DNA of 64,000 bases from a virus, in the IMG/VR virus record IMGVR_UViG_3300025127_000017, positions 1 through 64,000 of that record. The stretch is one strand, 5' to 3'. The notes under the pieces were generated by a model. That model was not told where the DNA came from and ran no database searches. It saw nothing but the letters and a program-made list of their open reading frames with translations. Made by a program: the position numbers and the translations under genes. Each line of letters opens with the position of its first letter. Within the stretch, counting starts at the first letter, position 1. Below, piece after piece: positions 47,579 through 57,154 of the stretch.

Positions 47579-47926
47579 TCACTTTTGACTAAACTTCTTT
47601 CCTGTTGGAACGTGTTGTTTTCCTTTTTTACGGCCTTCTCTTTTCTTTTGGTTTTGATACCTTAGAGTTTCTTCATCGGTTCTCTTATATGTTGCTCTTG
47701 GCATATATCTTCCTTTAGTTTTTGATTTAGGTTTCTTGCCTTTATCTTTGGCTCTATGTTGTTCAGCACTTCCCCAATCTTCATCAGTCCAAGTGGATAA
47801 ATCTCTTTGCCTTTTTGTTCTGGCTTTTAGAATATTCCACCACTTAATTGCGATAGCCACCACCTGCCCGTTTATACGCTGCGGCAACCATTTGTGCTTT
47901 TCTTGCAGACCATTGACCTGCTGCAC
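47579..47926 (-). CDS. Basic protein with an uncertain start (the leader KWWNILK begins at the upstream stop codon)
   Basis: The track ORF overlaps the upstream gene by 83 nt. The leader motif starts at 47845, but no ATG, GTG or TTG is present there. Confidence 0.45.
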   Translation of the reverse strand: MQQVNGLQEKHKWLPQRINGQVVAIAIKWWNILKARTKRQRDLSTWTDEDWGSAEQHRAKDKGKKPKSKTKGRYMPRATYKRTDEETLRYQNQKKREGRKKGKQHVPTGKKFSQK

Positions 47927-48053
47927 CGCCCTTACTTCCTCTCTTTATTCTATTGAATATTCTTCTACGAAGTGCAGGTTTAGTGTAGTTACCTGATTGA
48001 TTAACAGTTGATTTTCTTTTCTTTTTCTTTTTTAATATTTCTTGCCACTTCAT
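47844..48053 (-). CDS. Basic small protein (69 aa) with the MKWQEILK leader
   Basis: It has the leader motif and the segment GNYTKPALRRRIFNRIKRGSKGGAAGQWSARKAQ. Confidence 0.55.
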   Translation of the reverse strand: MKWQEILKKKKKRKSTVNQSGNYTKPALRRRIFNRIKRGSKGGAAGQWSARKAQMVAAAYKRAGGGYRN

Positions 48054-48057
48054 AATA

Positions 48058-48177
48058 TCACTTCACATCTGAAATATCTGCACCACAATTGGTACATTTT
48101 TTAGCATCTTTTTTATTTTCATGTCCACAAACAGGACAAGTTTTCGTTAATTTTTTTAGAAAATTCCACCACTTCAT
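48058..48177 (-). CDS. Zinc-ribbon mini-protein (39 aa, MKWWNFLKKLTKTCPVCGHENKKDAKKCTNCGADISDVK)
   Basis: I translated this ORF by hand. It has the leader motif plus CxxC-x11-CxxC and fills the gap between neighbouring genes exactly. Confidence 0.55.
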   Translation of the reverse strand: MKWWNFLKKLTKTCPVCGHENKKDAKKCTNCGADISDVK

Positions 48178-48179
48178 AA

Positions 48180-48512
48180 TTATGACCCCTTTCTCCAATT
48201 TTTATTTTTCTTTTCTTTAGTCTTACTTGGGCTCCATTTAACTTTATTAGCCCAATAAGCGGCAGACATTTTTCCACGTTTAATATTCTTAGCGTGTCTA
48301 GACTTAAATGCTTTTCGCTGTCCAGCAGTTTGATTTGTTTTTACACCCTTTTGGCCAAATCTGATTGTTTTAACTTTATCTCCATCTTTTACGACAACAA
48401 TGTGAGATTTAGTTTTGTGTTTAATTCTTTTAGGCTTACTAAAACCACTGACCCCTGCTCTCACTAATGCAGGGTGTCTTTTCTTCTTTTTAAGAATAGT
48501 TTGCCAATTCAT
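48180..48512 (-). CDS. Basic protein (110 aa) with the MNWQTILK leader
   Basis: It has the leader motif and the segment RFGQKGVKTNQTAGQRKAFKSRHAKNIKRGKMSAAYWANKVKW. Confidence 0.6.
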   Translation of the reverse strand: MNWQTILKKKKRHPALVRAGVSGFSKPKRIKHKTKSHIVVVKDGDKVKTIRFGQKGVKTNQTAGQRKAFKSRHAKNIKRGKMSAAYWANKVKWSPSKTKEKKNKNWRKGS

Positions 48513-48516
48513 TATT

Positions 48517-48660
48517 TCACCTCTTTACGAACCATTTATTTTCATTCATACTTAATGGTTTTCCATGTGCAATCCAACATAATTCACAAAAGCCAAACGG
48601 TCTTTTTCCATCTTTGTAACAAACTCCACAAAACATAAAATTATGATTTCCTAAATTCAT
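48517..48660 (-). CDS. Cys-rich mini-protein (47 aa, MNLGNHNFMFCGVCYKDGKRPFGFCELCW...)
   Basis: I translated this ORF by hand. It contains CxxC-x10-CxxC and fills an inter-ORF gap. Confidence 0.4.
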   Translation of the reverse strand: MNLGNHNFMFCGVCYKDGKRPFGFCELCWIAHGKPLSMNENKWFVKR

Positions 48661-48668
48661 AAATATCA

Positions 48669-49145
48669 CTATAATTTTCTAAAACGTCTTGAGTCATCTC
48701 TTCCACCGCTTCTTCTTTGTGATTTAGATTGACCTGAACCTCTTTGAACTTTAAATTCACCCTTTCGCTTTTTCTTTTTCTTTCTTCCGCCCTTTTTACC
48801 TTGCACTTTTAAATTTTTTCCACTCATACGAGATTTTTGTTCATTTCTTAATCTTTCATAATATTTTCGACTTAACTCTATACTTCTCGCACTTCTTTCT
48901 TCTCTTTTCATTCTCTCTACAAATTCTTCATTTGCTTTTTTATATTCTGCCAATGGGATAACTATTCTATCTAATTCTTTCACTTCTTCCTTATTCAGCA
49001 CTGGATTTTTTGGTCTTTCACGTCTTACTTTTGCTAATAACTCTTGCACCTTTCTGTCTTTTTCTTTTTCTAATCTCTTAAGTTCTGATAAAAAATTACC
49101 GTAATTTTCTTCTTTTTTGCTCTTTAGAATATTCATCCAGTTCAT
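48669..49145 (-). CDS. Highly basic protein (158 aa) with the MNWMNILK leader
   Basis: It has the leader motif and a tail reading GKKGGRKKKKKRKGEFKVQRGSGQSKSQRRSGGR. Confidence 0.6.
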   Translation of the reverse strand: MNWMNILKSKKEENYGNFLSELKRLEKEKDRKVQELLAKVRRERPKNPVLNKEEVKELDRIVIPLAEYKKANEEFVERMKREERSARSIELSRKYYERLRNEQKSRMSGKNLKVQGKKGGRKKKKKRKGEFKVQRGSGQSKSQRRSGGRDDSRRFRKL

Positions 49146-49147
49146 AA

Positions 49148-50518
49148 TTAAACCTCCTTAAGAACAATACCACCGACATTCTCCAATTCATCCATAAGGC
49201 TCATTTTACAATTGCCTTGCAACTTTGTAATATCATCTAAGTAAATATTCTCTTTCGCCCAATCAAATCCAACGTGGTCTTTGTGATTCTCCCATTTCAT
49301 TAATTTAAAGATTTCATCGCAACGGTCTTTATACCAATCGGCTTTCTTATAAGACTTCTTCATGCGAATAAGTTCAAGCAATAACTTAGCATTACCTTTC
49401 TTCAATCTAAAATGAGGTAAGCACTTTGTTAAAAGACTTGTAACATCATCTTGAGAATAAAAATTTAATCTATTGATTAAGCGAGTATCTTGTGGTGATT
49501 TTTGGTCAAGGTGCATTCTGCCAAATCCGATAGATTTATGCATTTCTTGCATGAAAGCCTTTCCTCTTTCTCCTGTTGCGACTAATCCAACTCTAGGGTT
49601 CATACTTCGGTCTAACGTAATATATCCATCTGAATCAATAAACGCAGCAGTATAGGCCCAAATATTTTTCTTCATCATTGAAGGAACTTTGTAATAAGCA
49701 CCGTCATAATTAGCAATATTCATACTTCTAACCATTTTAGAAATCATATTACTATTACTGTATTTGTATAATGGACTGGGCATATTTTCATGTATTCTTT
49801 TAGCACCAATTCCAGGATTATTGACAATTTGTTTAAAAATAAACTCTTTAGCCTGTTCTTTCTTAGATTTCTTCAATTGTTGTGAATTAATTTTAGAAAG
49901 AATGCCTCTGTATTCTTTCTTAACTTCTTTCATCTCCTTTGAAATTTTAGCATAATCTCTACAATATGCCATGTTTTTTTGGTCTAAATCAAGTTCCCAA
50001 TACTTGCACAAGACATCTACAACTTCTCTTCTTGTTGTAGTATCTTTCATTTTATTGAGTTTAAATAAATCTTTTTCTGTAATAGACATTTTCTTAAGCG
50101 GAATAGAATAAGGACTTATCCAGTGCATAGAATCAATACACTTGTTCAGATAATCAGAGTACCCATCAATAAGAGAATCAATACTTTTGTTCATTTTATC
50201 TCGCATGTCTCCCTTTAATTGTCTTCTTGCTTTACGCATCTTTCTAACAAGGTCGGGAATAGTTTGACCATCAATGTTATACTCTTGTGGGAATGTTAAT
50301 TGTTTTCTCGCTTCTGTTGCATTAATATTCATATGTGTTGAAATTTTATGAATTTCTTCTAATTCGGAAAGAACTCGACCACCTACCAAAAAAGATTTAT
50401 TAGTTAAGGTTTCCATTTCTTCCTTAGCCTCTTGAGATAATCTTTTAAGGCGAGCCTGTTCAGTTGCATTATCAGCAACCTCATCAATCTCTTCAGGAGT
50501 TAATTCACTTAAATCCAT
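49148..50518 (-). CDS. LAGLIDADG-motif protein (putative homing endonuclease with an extended N-terminal region)
   Basis: I found a single motif, AAFIDSDGYITLD. The region IVNNPGIGAKRIHENM is HTH-like. Confidence 0.5.
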   Translation of the reverse strand: MDLSELTPEEIDEVADNATEQARLKRLSQEAKEEMETLTNKSFLVGGRVLSELEEIHKISTHMNINATEARKQLTFPQEYNIDGQTIPDLVRKMRKARRQLKGDMRDKMNKSIDSLIDGYSDYLNKCIDSMHWISPYSIPLKKMSITEKDLFKLNKMKDTTTRREVVDVLCKYWELDLDQKNMAYCRDYAKISKEMKEVKKEYRGILSKINSQQLKKSKKEQAKEFIFKQIVNNPGIGAKRIHENMPSPLYKYSNSNMISKMVRSMNIANYDGAYYKVPSMMKKNIWAYTAAFIDSDGYITLDRSMNPRVGLVATGERGKAFMQEMHKSIGFGRMHLDQKSPQDTRLINRLNFYSQDDVTSLLTKCLPHFRLKKGNAKLLLELIRMKKSYKKADWYKDRCDEIFKLMKWENHKDHVGFDWAKENIYLDDITKLQGNCKMSLMDELENVGGIVLKEV

Positions 50519-50527
50519 AGTACCACC

Positions 50528-50746
50528 TTATTGTTCCCTAAGTGAAAAAAGAATTTGTTTTATCGCATCAGTTAGATTCCTATTATTAATACTAAATTCT
50601 TCAACTAAATCTTCAAATTCATCAGCATCAATATCAACATCTCCAGAATTATAACTTCTTACTGCTTCATCAAAATCAACTAAAACTGCTTTTTGCTTAC
50701 CAATTATATCAATAAGTTCTTGAGCAGTTTTTTGTCTTTTTAGCAC
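50528..50746 (-). CDS. Hypothetical acidic protein (72 aa)
   Basis: It lies in the operon orientation, immediately downstream of TerL. Confidence 0.5.
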   Translation of the reverse strand: MLKRQKTAQELIDIIGKQKAVLVDFDEAVRSYNSGDVDIDADEFEDLVEEFSINNRNLTDAIKQILFSLREQ

Positions 50747-50756
50747 ATTATCACCT

Positions 50757-52205
50757 TTAAAAATTCAACCCCAAAAAAGGTGTTTTAACTCGATTGTTAG
50801 AACGATTTGGACTCCCGAATATCTCCATGTCATCCAAGAGTATGAAGTTATCCGTGATTTGAAACGTGGCGGCATTTGCTAATGCCAAACTCATCACCAT
50901 GTCATCATGCGCCCCAATTCCTTCAAATCTTCCACGTTCTGTAATTGCGAACATTGATAGTTCTTCAACCAGTGCTGATGTAACTCTTCGACTTTCTTCA
51001 TTACCGTAAGGAAAGTTCATCTTTTGATTTTCTAAAGTCATTTGTAGGTTTAGAATAACTTCTTCTTTTCTCTTGCGAGTAGTATTAAAGTCATGAACAT
51101 TTAAATCTGCGACGTTGCGAAGTTCTTGAGTAAATGATTTTGCGAATGTGTTTGTTTCAAATAGAATTACTTCTGGATTAAATATCTTTCCAATTAATTT
51201 AACTTTGTTAATATTTTCTCTAAACTCTACGTTTTTAGAACGGTCAATATATACGATGTTTTTATTATCTTCACTATCAACTTCAAGAACAGTAATTACG
51301 TTATAGTCGCCATCAGTAGAGATAGCAGGGTCTACTCCAACAAAATATTTATATCCTTCTCTTCTACTTGGTTTTAGAATTAAGTCTTTGTTCTTGGCAA
51401 GTTGTAAATATTCTGGATTAAATAAAGATGTTCCCGTCGAAATAGGCACACACATATATTCTCTTGTAAATTTAAGTGAACCAATTTCAGCCTTTCTTGA
51501 CATTAAAGCATCATAATCCCAACGCTCAGGCCAAAGGGGTTCATTAAGTGCATTCAGACAAGGATAAGTTCTAACAGTATATGCGGCATTTTCTTCTAAT
51601 TGTTTATAAATATCTGTATAACTAAATGGAGTTCCGATAACTCTTAAAGAAGCAGTATGGTGAAGTGTCGGAATCATATCCCCATAAAACCAATCAGTTA
51701 CTTTTTGAATACCACTTACGCTAAATTCTTTCAAAGGGTCGTCAATAACAATCTCTTGGGGGTGAAGTCCACGAATCTGTGAACCAACAGAACGCTCAAG
51801 AATTTGATTTCCGTTGGTTAAAGTAATATTACCAATAGCCCAACCCCTTGCAGGTTTAAACTTTTTAAGAAGTGGATGTTGGAACATTTTATCAATGTCT
51901 CTCATGTGAACCATTGTCTGTTTTTGGTTAGATGAAATATAAAGCATCTGATAAGGTGGGGGCTGGAATATTAAATTCCAAACAACCCAACTGTGCATAA
52001 ATACTGATTTTCCGTGGTCACGACTACAAATAATAACAGTTCTTTGTGTATCATTCATTAATTCGTGCCATTCTTGTATGTATGTTGGAAAGTCAAAACC
52101 TAGAACGTGCTGGAAAAAATATGGAAAGGAGTTTTTAGATAACTCCATATCCATTTGATGTTCTAAGTTGAATGTATCTAATTCCATTTTAAAACCTCCA
52201 TCCAT
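50757..52205 (-). CDS. terL: Terminase large subunit
   Basis: The ATPase N-domain contains VIICSRDHGKS and EIVIDDPL. The RNase H-like nuclease C-domain contains GVDPAISTDGDYNVITVLE and GAHDDMV. Confidence 0.8.
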   Translation of the reverse strand: MDGGFKMELDTFNLEHQMDMELSKNSFPYFFQHVLGFDFPTYIQEWHELMNDTQRTVIICSRDHGKSVFMHSWVVWNLIFQPPPYQMLYISSNQKQTMVHMRDIDKMFQHPLLKKFKPARGWAIGNITLTNGNQILERSVGSQIRGLHPQEIVIDDPLKEFSVSGIQKVTDWFYGDMIPTLHHTASLRVIGTPFSYTDIYKQLEENAAYTVRTYPCLNALNEPLWPERWDYDALMSRKAEIGSLKFTREYMCVPISTGTSLFNPEYLQLAKNKDLILKPSRREGYKYFVGVDPAISTDGDYNVITVLEVDSEDNKNIVYIDRSKNVEFRENINKVKLIGKIFNPEVILFETNTFAKSFTQELRNVADLNVHDFNTTRKRKEEVILNLQMTLENQKMNFPYGNEESRRVTSALVEELSMFAITERGRFEGIGAHDDMVMSLALANAATFQITDNFILLDDMEIFGSPNRSNNRVKTPFLGLNF

Positions 52206-52696
52206 TTAGAAGTGTCTAATTTAATCCACTTTTGTAGTTGCTCAGGATAATTAATTCCTTGCAATTCTTCTTGAATTTCTTCGGGAAGAGTCTCCTTTTC
52301 CATATCTTTAAACCCCGAGTCTCTTAATTGTTTTGCGAATGAAATTAAAACTGGGTTAGCATAAATAGTCTTAGAACCTTTATTTTCTAGCATTTTATCC
52401 ACTAAAATTCTAGATAGTCCTCTTTTTCTATATTCTCTTCTAACGTGGGTTCCTGCCATTAATAAGGCATTTTTAAATGTAGCCAATCCAATAACACCAA
52501 CTGGTTTATTTTGATAAAAAGCAACAAACATTTTTGCTGGAGCAGTAGCCCAAATAGAATCAGGAGGCAAATATTTCCCATATCTTACTTTTCGTTTAAC
52601 ATAATCGTAATACCCATCCTCGACAAAGACCCTTACTGCTTCTTCTTCAGTCATTTCTTTAAAAGAAATATCGCTTTTAGAAAAACGGTCAACCAC
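52178..52696 (-). CDS. GNAT-family N-acetyltransferase
   Basis: Motif A is VRREYRKRGLSRILVDKM. The protein ends ...KWMEVLKWN and the gene overlaps the TerL start. Confidence 0.65.
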   Translation of the reverse strand: MVDRFSKSDISFKEMTEEEAVRVFVEDGYYDYVKRKVRYGKYLPPDSIWATAPAKMFVAFYQNKPVGVIGLATFKNALLMAGTHVRREYRKRGLSRILVDKMLENKGSKTIYANPVLISFAKQLRDSGFKDMEKETLPEEIQEELQGINYPEQLQKWIKLDTSKWMEVLKWN

Positions 52697-52700
52697 AATA

Positions 52701-55070
52701 TCACCTAAAGTTAGCCTTGATTAAATAAACGTCTTCTGTGCTGATACCATATTCATTAGAGATATTTTGGAAAGAATCCAACTCCTTGACAATGTTATAT
52801 ACTTCCATAGAACTTAAGTCAATGTTTCTTTCTTTATTCATCTTTGTAATGAAATATTCCATGTCATCAATATCATTGTAATCTAATACATCAAAATGTA
52901 TCTCCTGTCCTTTAAGAACTCGAATGTGGTCGTGCGCTTGTAATAACATTTCTTCTTCAGATTTTCTAATGCCTCCAAACCAATCTTGTAGTCTCTTAAT
53001 GTCTTTTACAACTTTCGCTTCGCTTGACATATTTGACGCACCAAATTCATCTATCTTGTCAATTAAGAAATAGATTACTTGTTTAAATGCGTGTGAATCA
53101 TCATAAGTTGTTGCGCCTCTCTCATCAAATGCAGCCTTTGAACTAATTCCTTCAAAACTAGTGTCTTCCTTCGTTATGTGATAGAATAGAGAAGCAATAT
53201 CTTTAATAATCATTTCTGTAAATCCTAAATCTCTTGCTTCCGAAGTATCAATAATATCATCCATTTCATCTGCTATCTCCAAGAAAACTCTCTTAAGTTC
53301 ATCTAAATTAATCTTTGTAGTTTTACTTTCTATTTGCTTGTTTAGAATCATAAATTCTTTAATATCATTAAGTTCATCAAGGTTAATGAAATCTAATCCT
53401 TCCTTGACATAATTTTCGTTAAGTTGTCTTTGAATAGCAAAAGGAGATTCGGGTCTGTTGGTTAAATCTCCTAATTGTGTTTCATCATAACCTAAAGAAA
53501 TACCTTTACCGAATCTACTGTTAAATGGTCTGATGTAGCAATCATCAATAAGTTTTAAAATCTTTTCCATCTCTTTGCCAATATCTTTGTATCTTGCTAA
53601 TTTTCCTCTAACAGATGCAGTATAGAATGATGGTTCTTTGTCATCATCTCGGCTTCCACCACTTGCGCCTTTTCCTTCTTCTCGGATATTAATTGGCGTT
53701 GCACCCTTTTCTTCAACAACTCCTTCACTGATTGCCTTTATCATTTTATTAATTGAATCAGTTATTTTCTTTTCATCAAAGTCAGATTTTTGTTTAAATT
53801 CTATCTTTTCAGTTTTTGGATTTATTTCTGCTTTCGTAGACAATTGTAGATTTTTATACCTAATCATGCTCTCTTTATTTGTTGCAAAATATATTGGCAA
53901 ATAGTGATACGTTCTAGCAGTAGTTACAATTTTAAACGAATCCAAAAGGTTTTTTAGCCCGTCATTCATTGACTCTACAAACTCATCATCAAATTGGACA
54001 ACATAAGAGTTAAATAAATTCTTAATCTTAGTTTTAAGTAATTTGAGTTCATCAGATGAAAGAGCATAAGAACCATCTGATAAGTTAGTTACAATGTGTA
54101 AATATCCTAAAACATCCATTTCTTTTGTAGTTTGCAATGCTCTCTTCAATTCAGTTGATAAAACCTTAGTAGAGTCAATTTCTCCGCTTTGAGCCTTATC
54201 TCCGTCTTCTGTTTTTGTTCCTCTTTGAGCGAAATAATATTCACCATCGACTTCATCTAAATCAATAATATCTGAACCGAAAACAAGACCGATGTATGAT
54301 TTAACAAAGTCGTATGCTCTATATTCTAAAGCATCGACATTGAATTTTACTTTCTTAAAATCATGTATGTAATTAATATTGTCAATAATATCTTTATCTA
54401 ATAAATCTTTCTCGGCAAGTTTTTCCTTTAATTTTTCAATCTTCTCATATATTCCTTTCCAATAATTATAAACATTGTTTCTTTGAGATAGTTGCCTTAG
54501 AGTAGAAGCACTAAAGAAATCCGACAAGTCAAAGTCTAAATCTAATTCTCTTTTTCCTAGATTATATTGTTGCCTATCTAGTAAATCATCATAAATATTG
54601 ATAAAGTTTTTTAATAGGTTGCTTTCTTTAACAACCTTTATTTTTTCTACTTGAAGTTTAGCATTGTTATATGCTTCTTTATTTTGTTTTATTCTAGGGT
54701 TCAAGTCCTTGACTGTAATTTTGTTTACATCAATAATTGTATTAGAGAGCAAACTCACGAACTGTTCTTTAAGTTTCCCTCCCTTTTCTGCAATATCTTC
54801 TCCTTTGTATTGCATACCTGTAAAGTTAATTTCATCCAAAACAGATTTAGTTTCAAAAGTTTCTTGAACTTTGCTTCTGCCTTCTCGCATAAGGTCGTTA
54901 ATCATTCCAATTAACTTTTTCCTTGATGCAACGCTACCTGCATCATCTAAATATTCACCAAACTCAACTAAGATAAATTCGTTCTTATCTTCCTCTTCTT
55001 CGTATTCTTCTCGCAAATCATCTAAGTCTGGAAGTTGCTTAATTTTATCGAGTTGTTCTTCTGCTGTCAT
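52701..55070 (-). CDS. Hypothetical large protein (789 aa)
   Basis: It is a long uninterrupted ORF. I recognised no motif. Confidence 0.6.
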   Translation of the reverse strand: MTAEEQLDKIKQLPDLDDLREEYEEEEDKNEFILVEFGEYLDDAGSVASRKKLIGMINDLMREGRSKVQETFETKSVLDEINFTGMQYKGEDIAEKGGKLKEQFVSLLSNTIIDVNKITVKDLNPRIKQNKEAYNNAKLQVEKIKVVKESNLLKNFINIYDDLLDRQQYNLGKRELDLDFDLSDFFSASTLRQLSQRNNVYNYWKGIYEKIEKLKEKLAEKDLLDKDIIDNINYIHDFKKVKFNVDALEYRAYDFVKSYIGLVFGSDIIDLDEVDGEYYFAQRGTKTEDGDKAQSGEIDSTKVLSTELKRALQTTKEMDVLGYLHIVTNLSDGSYALSSDELKLLKTKIKNLFNSYVVQFDDEFVESMNDGLKNLLDSFKIVTTARTYHYLPIYFATNKESMIRYKNLQLSTKAEINPKTEKIEFKQKSDFDEKKITDSINKMIKAISEGVVEEKGATPINIREEGKGASGGSRDDDKEPSFYTASVRGKLARYKDIGKEMEKILKLIDDCYIRPFNSRFGKGISLGYDETQLGDLTNRPESPFAIQRQLNENYVKEGLDFINLDELNDIKEFMILNKQIESKTTKINLDELKRVFLEIADEMDDIIDTSEARDLGFTEMIIKDIASLFYHITKEDTSFEGISSKAAFDERGATTYDDSHAFKQVIYFLIDKIDEFGASNMSSEAKVVKDIKRLQDWFGGIRKSEEEMLLQAHDHIRVLKGQEIHFDVLDYNDIDDMEYFITKMNKERNIDLSSMEVYNIVKELDSFQNISNEYGISTEDVYLIKANFR

Positions 55071-56875
55071 TGTGCTTCCTCCAACAATTTGCTTTCTACT
55101 AACTTGTTTATAAGTTTGTTGTTGTTAGCGATTGAAAAATACTTTTCATCTTCCTTTTGTGCAATACCTTGTAGTAGAGTATTAACTGCTTCAAATAACT
55201 TTTCTTTAAATACGTTTAGGTTTTCGTTGAATAGTTTTTCGAGTTTAGAATTGAATTGTTCGTTATCAGGAGCCTCTTCAAGTTTTGGCTTTTTTCCTTC
55301 TTTTCCGCCCCTTCTCCATGCTTTAAGTTTCTCTCTCGATTCTTTTAATTTTTTAAACTGACTTTCGTAGTCATCTATTACTTTAAAAATTTCAGAACCG
55401 TTTCTTGAACCATATCCTAAAAATGACACAATCAATAGAATATTTAAAAAACTTCTATCAGTTTTATCTAATAATTTTTTAATAGAATTAGAAACCTGCG
55501 TTATGCTTACTATTTCAGTTTCGTCCTCTTTGCCGTCATTAACTACTTGTCTTAGTAAGTCAGTAAAAGGTAATGCTCCGATTTTCTCATTTAAATCTTC
55601 ATCAATTGTTCCTTCATCGAGCCTTTTCAAAAAACTATTATAGGAGCCTACAAATTGACCATATAATCTAAAATCATCTTGGGGAACAATGATTTTTTCA
55701 TCTCTCGGTTCTTTTTCATAGTCCTTTAGAGAAAGTTCTCTACCTTTTAATAATGAATATTGCCTCAAAAAAGTATCTAATTTAGTAGATTGTTCGGCTT
55801 CTGGAATTCCTTTATCCTGTAAGAAATATTGTCCATATTTTCTTCTATTTTTGAATTGTTCTTGTGAAAACTTAGCAATTAGGGCTTGTGGTTCTGATAT
55901 AATTACTTCTCTTAATAATTGTCGAACATTTGATAGTTTACTACCAAATAATCCAACGTTTTTGATTCTCTCAACATTTACTGAAAAAATACTTTTGTCT
56001 AATTTGCTAAGATTGCTAATACTTGGTAAATATTCAATAACATTTAGATAATTTGCGATATTTGCTTGATTTACCTCTACTGCATTGTAGTTCTTCGTTG
56101 TAGTTTCTATTTCGAGAGAGGTTTTTTCTCCAAAATTCTTGCGAATTGGTGAAAAAATGACTTTTGTTTCGGAAACGTTGTCAATTTTTGCAACTTCTGA
56201 CTCAATTTTGTCCGAATTTTCCTCAAAGACCTTAAATAAAGCATTTTCATCGGTTGTCCAACCCGTTTTTTTGGGTTTTTCTTTGCCCTCGACTATCACT
56301 TTCACCAAAACGTAGTCAAAATTAGGCACTTCGTTCTTTCTAAACTGCTCAACTGTTGGTTTTTCTTGATTTTTCTTGTATAATGACTGAATTCTTGCAG
56401 TATTTTCTTGATTTGATTCAGTATATCTTCGCCTTGTTCTTTCTGGAACACTATCAGCAATCTTTTTCTGATAAATTACCAACAATTCTTTAATGTTTGC
56501 TGGATTTTTCTTAGAAGAGAAGAGTTCTTGGAAAAATTCTTCGTTATATTCTATACTTCTATCGGGAGTTACTCTCTTTGCTTTCTGAGTAACCAGTTCT
56601 TTAATCTTAGAAAACCTATCAAGTAGTTCTTTTTCATTAATACCTACCAATAAATGAGATAGAGTATATTGTTCATATACTCTACTAACTGTTTCAAAAT
56701 TAGTATCTAAATCAGGATTTTCTCTAAACATTTTCTTGAAAACACCTGAACCAGTTGAAGCACTTCCTCTTTTACCACTGCTAAGTGTATTGTATAACTC
56801 GTCAAAAGCAATAACAATTTCAACTAACACGGTGTTAGGAGAAGGTCTAGCCTTTAAGACAAATTGCCAGTTCAT
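55067..56875 (-). CDS. Hypothetical large protein (602 aa) with the MNWQFVLK leader
   Basis: It has the leader motif and is ATGA-coupled to the next gene. Confidence 0.6.
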   Translation of the reverse strand: MNWQFVLKARPSPNTVLVEIVIAFDELYNTLSSGKRGSASTGSGVFKKMFRENPDLDTNFETVSRVYEQYTLSHLLVGINEKELLDRFSKIKELVTQKAKRVTPDRSIEYNEEFFQELFSSKKNPANIKELLVIYQKKIADSVPERTRRRYTESNQENTARIQSLYKKNQEKPTVEQFRKNEVPNFDYVLVKVIVEGKEKPKKTGWTTDENALFKVFEENSDKIESEVAKIDNVSETKVIFSPIRKNFGEKTSLEIETTTKNYNAVEVNQANIANYLNVIEYLPSISNLSKLDKSIFSVNVERIKNVGLFGSKLSNVRQLLREVIISEPQALIAKFSQEQFKNRRKYGQYFLQDKGIPEAEQSTKLDTFLRQYSLLKGRELSLKDYEKEPRDEKIIVPQDDFRLYGQFVGSYNSFLKRLDEGTIDEDLNEKIGALPFTDLLRQVVNDGKEDETEIVSITQVSNSIKKLLDKTDRSFLNILLIVSFLGYGSRNGSEIFKVIDDYESQFKKLKESREKLKAWRRGGKEGKKPKLEEAPDNEQFNSKLEKLFNENLNVFKEKLFEAVNTLLQGIAQKEDEKYFSIANNNKLINKLVESKLLEEAQ

Positions 56876-56887
56876 TATAATGTCTCC

Positions 56888-57154
56888 TTAAAACTTACCT
56901 TCTGACACTAATTCTTCCCATTGTTCCCTAAGACCGTGTTTTCTTGTAACGTGCTTCTTAAACTGCATTAAATATTCTTTTTGCCTGCTTTTATTTATTT
57001 TACCAGACTTAACATTCTTGTAGATATTACTTAATGATTTAGCATTCATTACATCATTTTTTAACATAGTATTGAGTAGGTCTTCTATACTATCAAAGTT
57101 AGCAAAGGTAGTGTCTTCACTATATTTTTTATTAATGAGATTTCTCCAACTCAT
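56888..57154 (-). CDS. Hypothetical protein (88 aa), leader MSWRNLIN
   Basis: It has the leader motif and lies in the operon orientation. Confidence 0.55.
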   Translation of the reverse strand: MSWRNLINKKYSEDTTFANFDSIEDLLNTMLKNDVMNAKSLSNIYKNVKSGKINKSRQKEYLMQFKKHVTRKHGLREQWEELVSEGKF

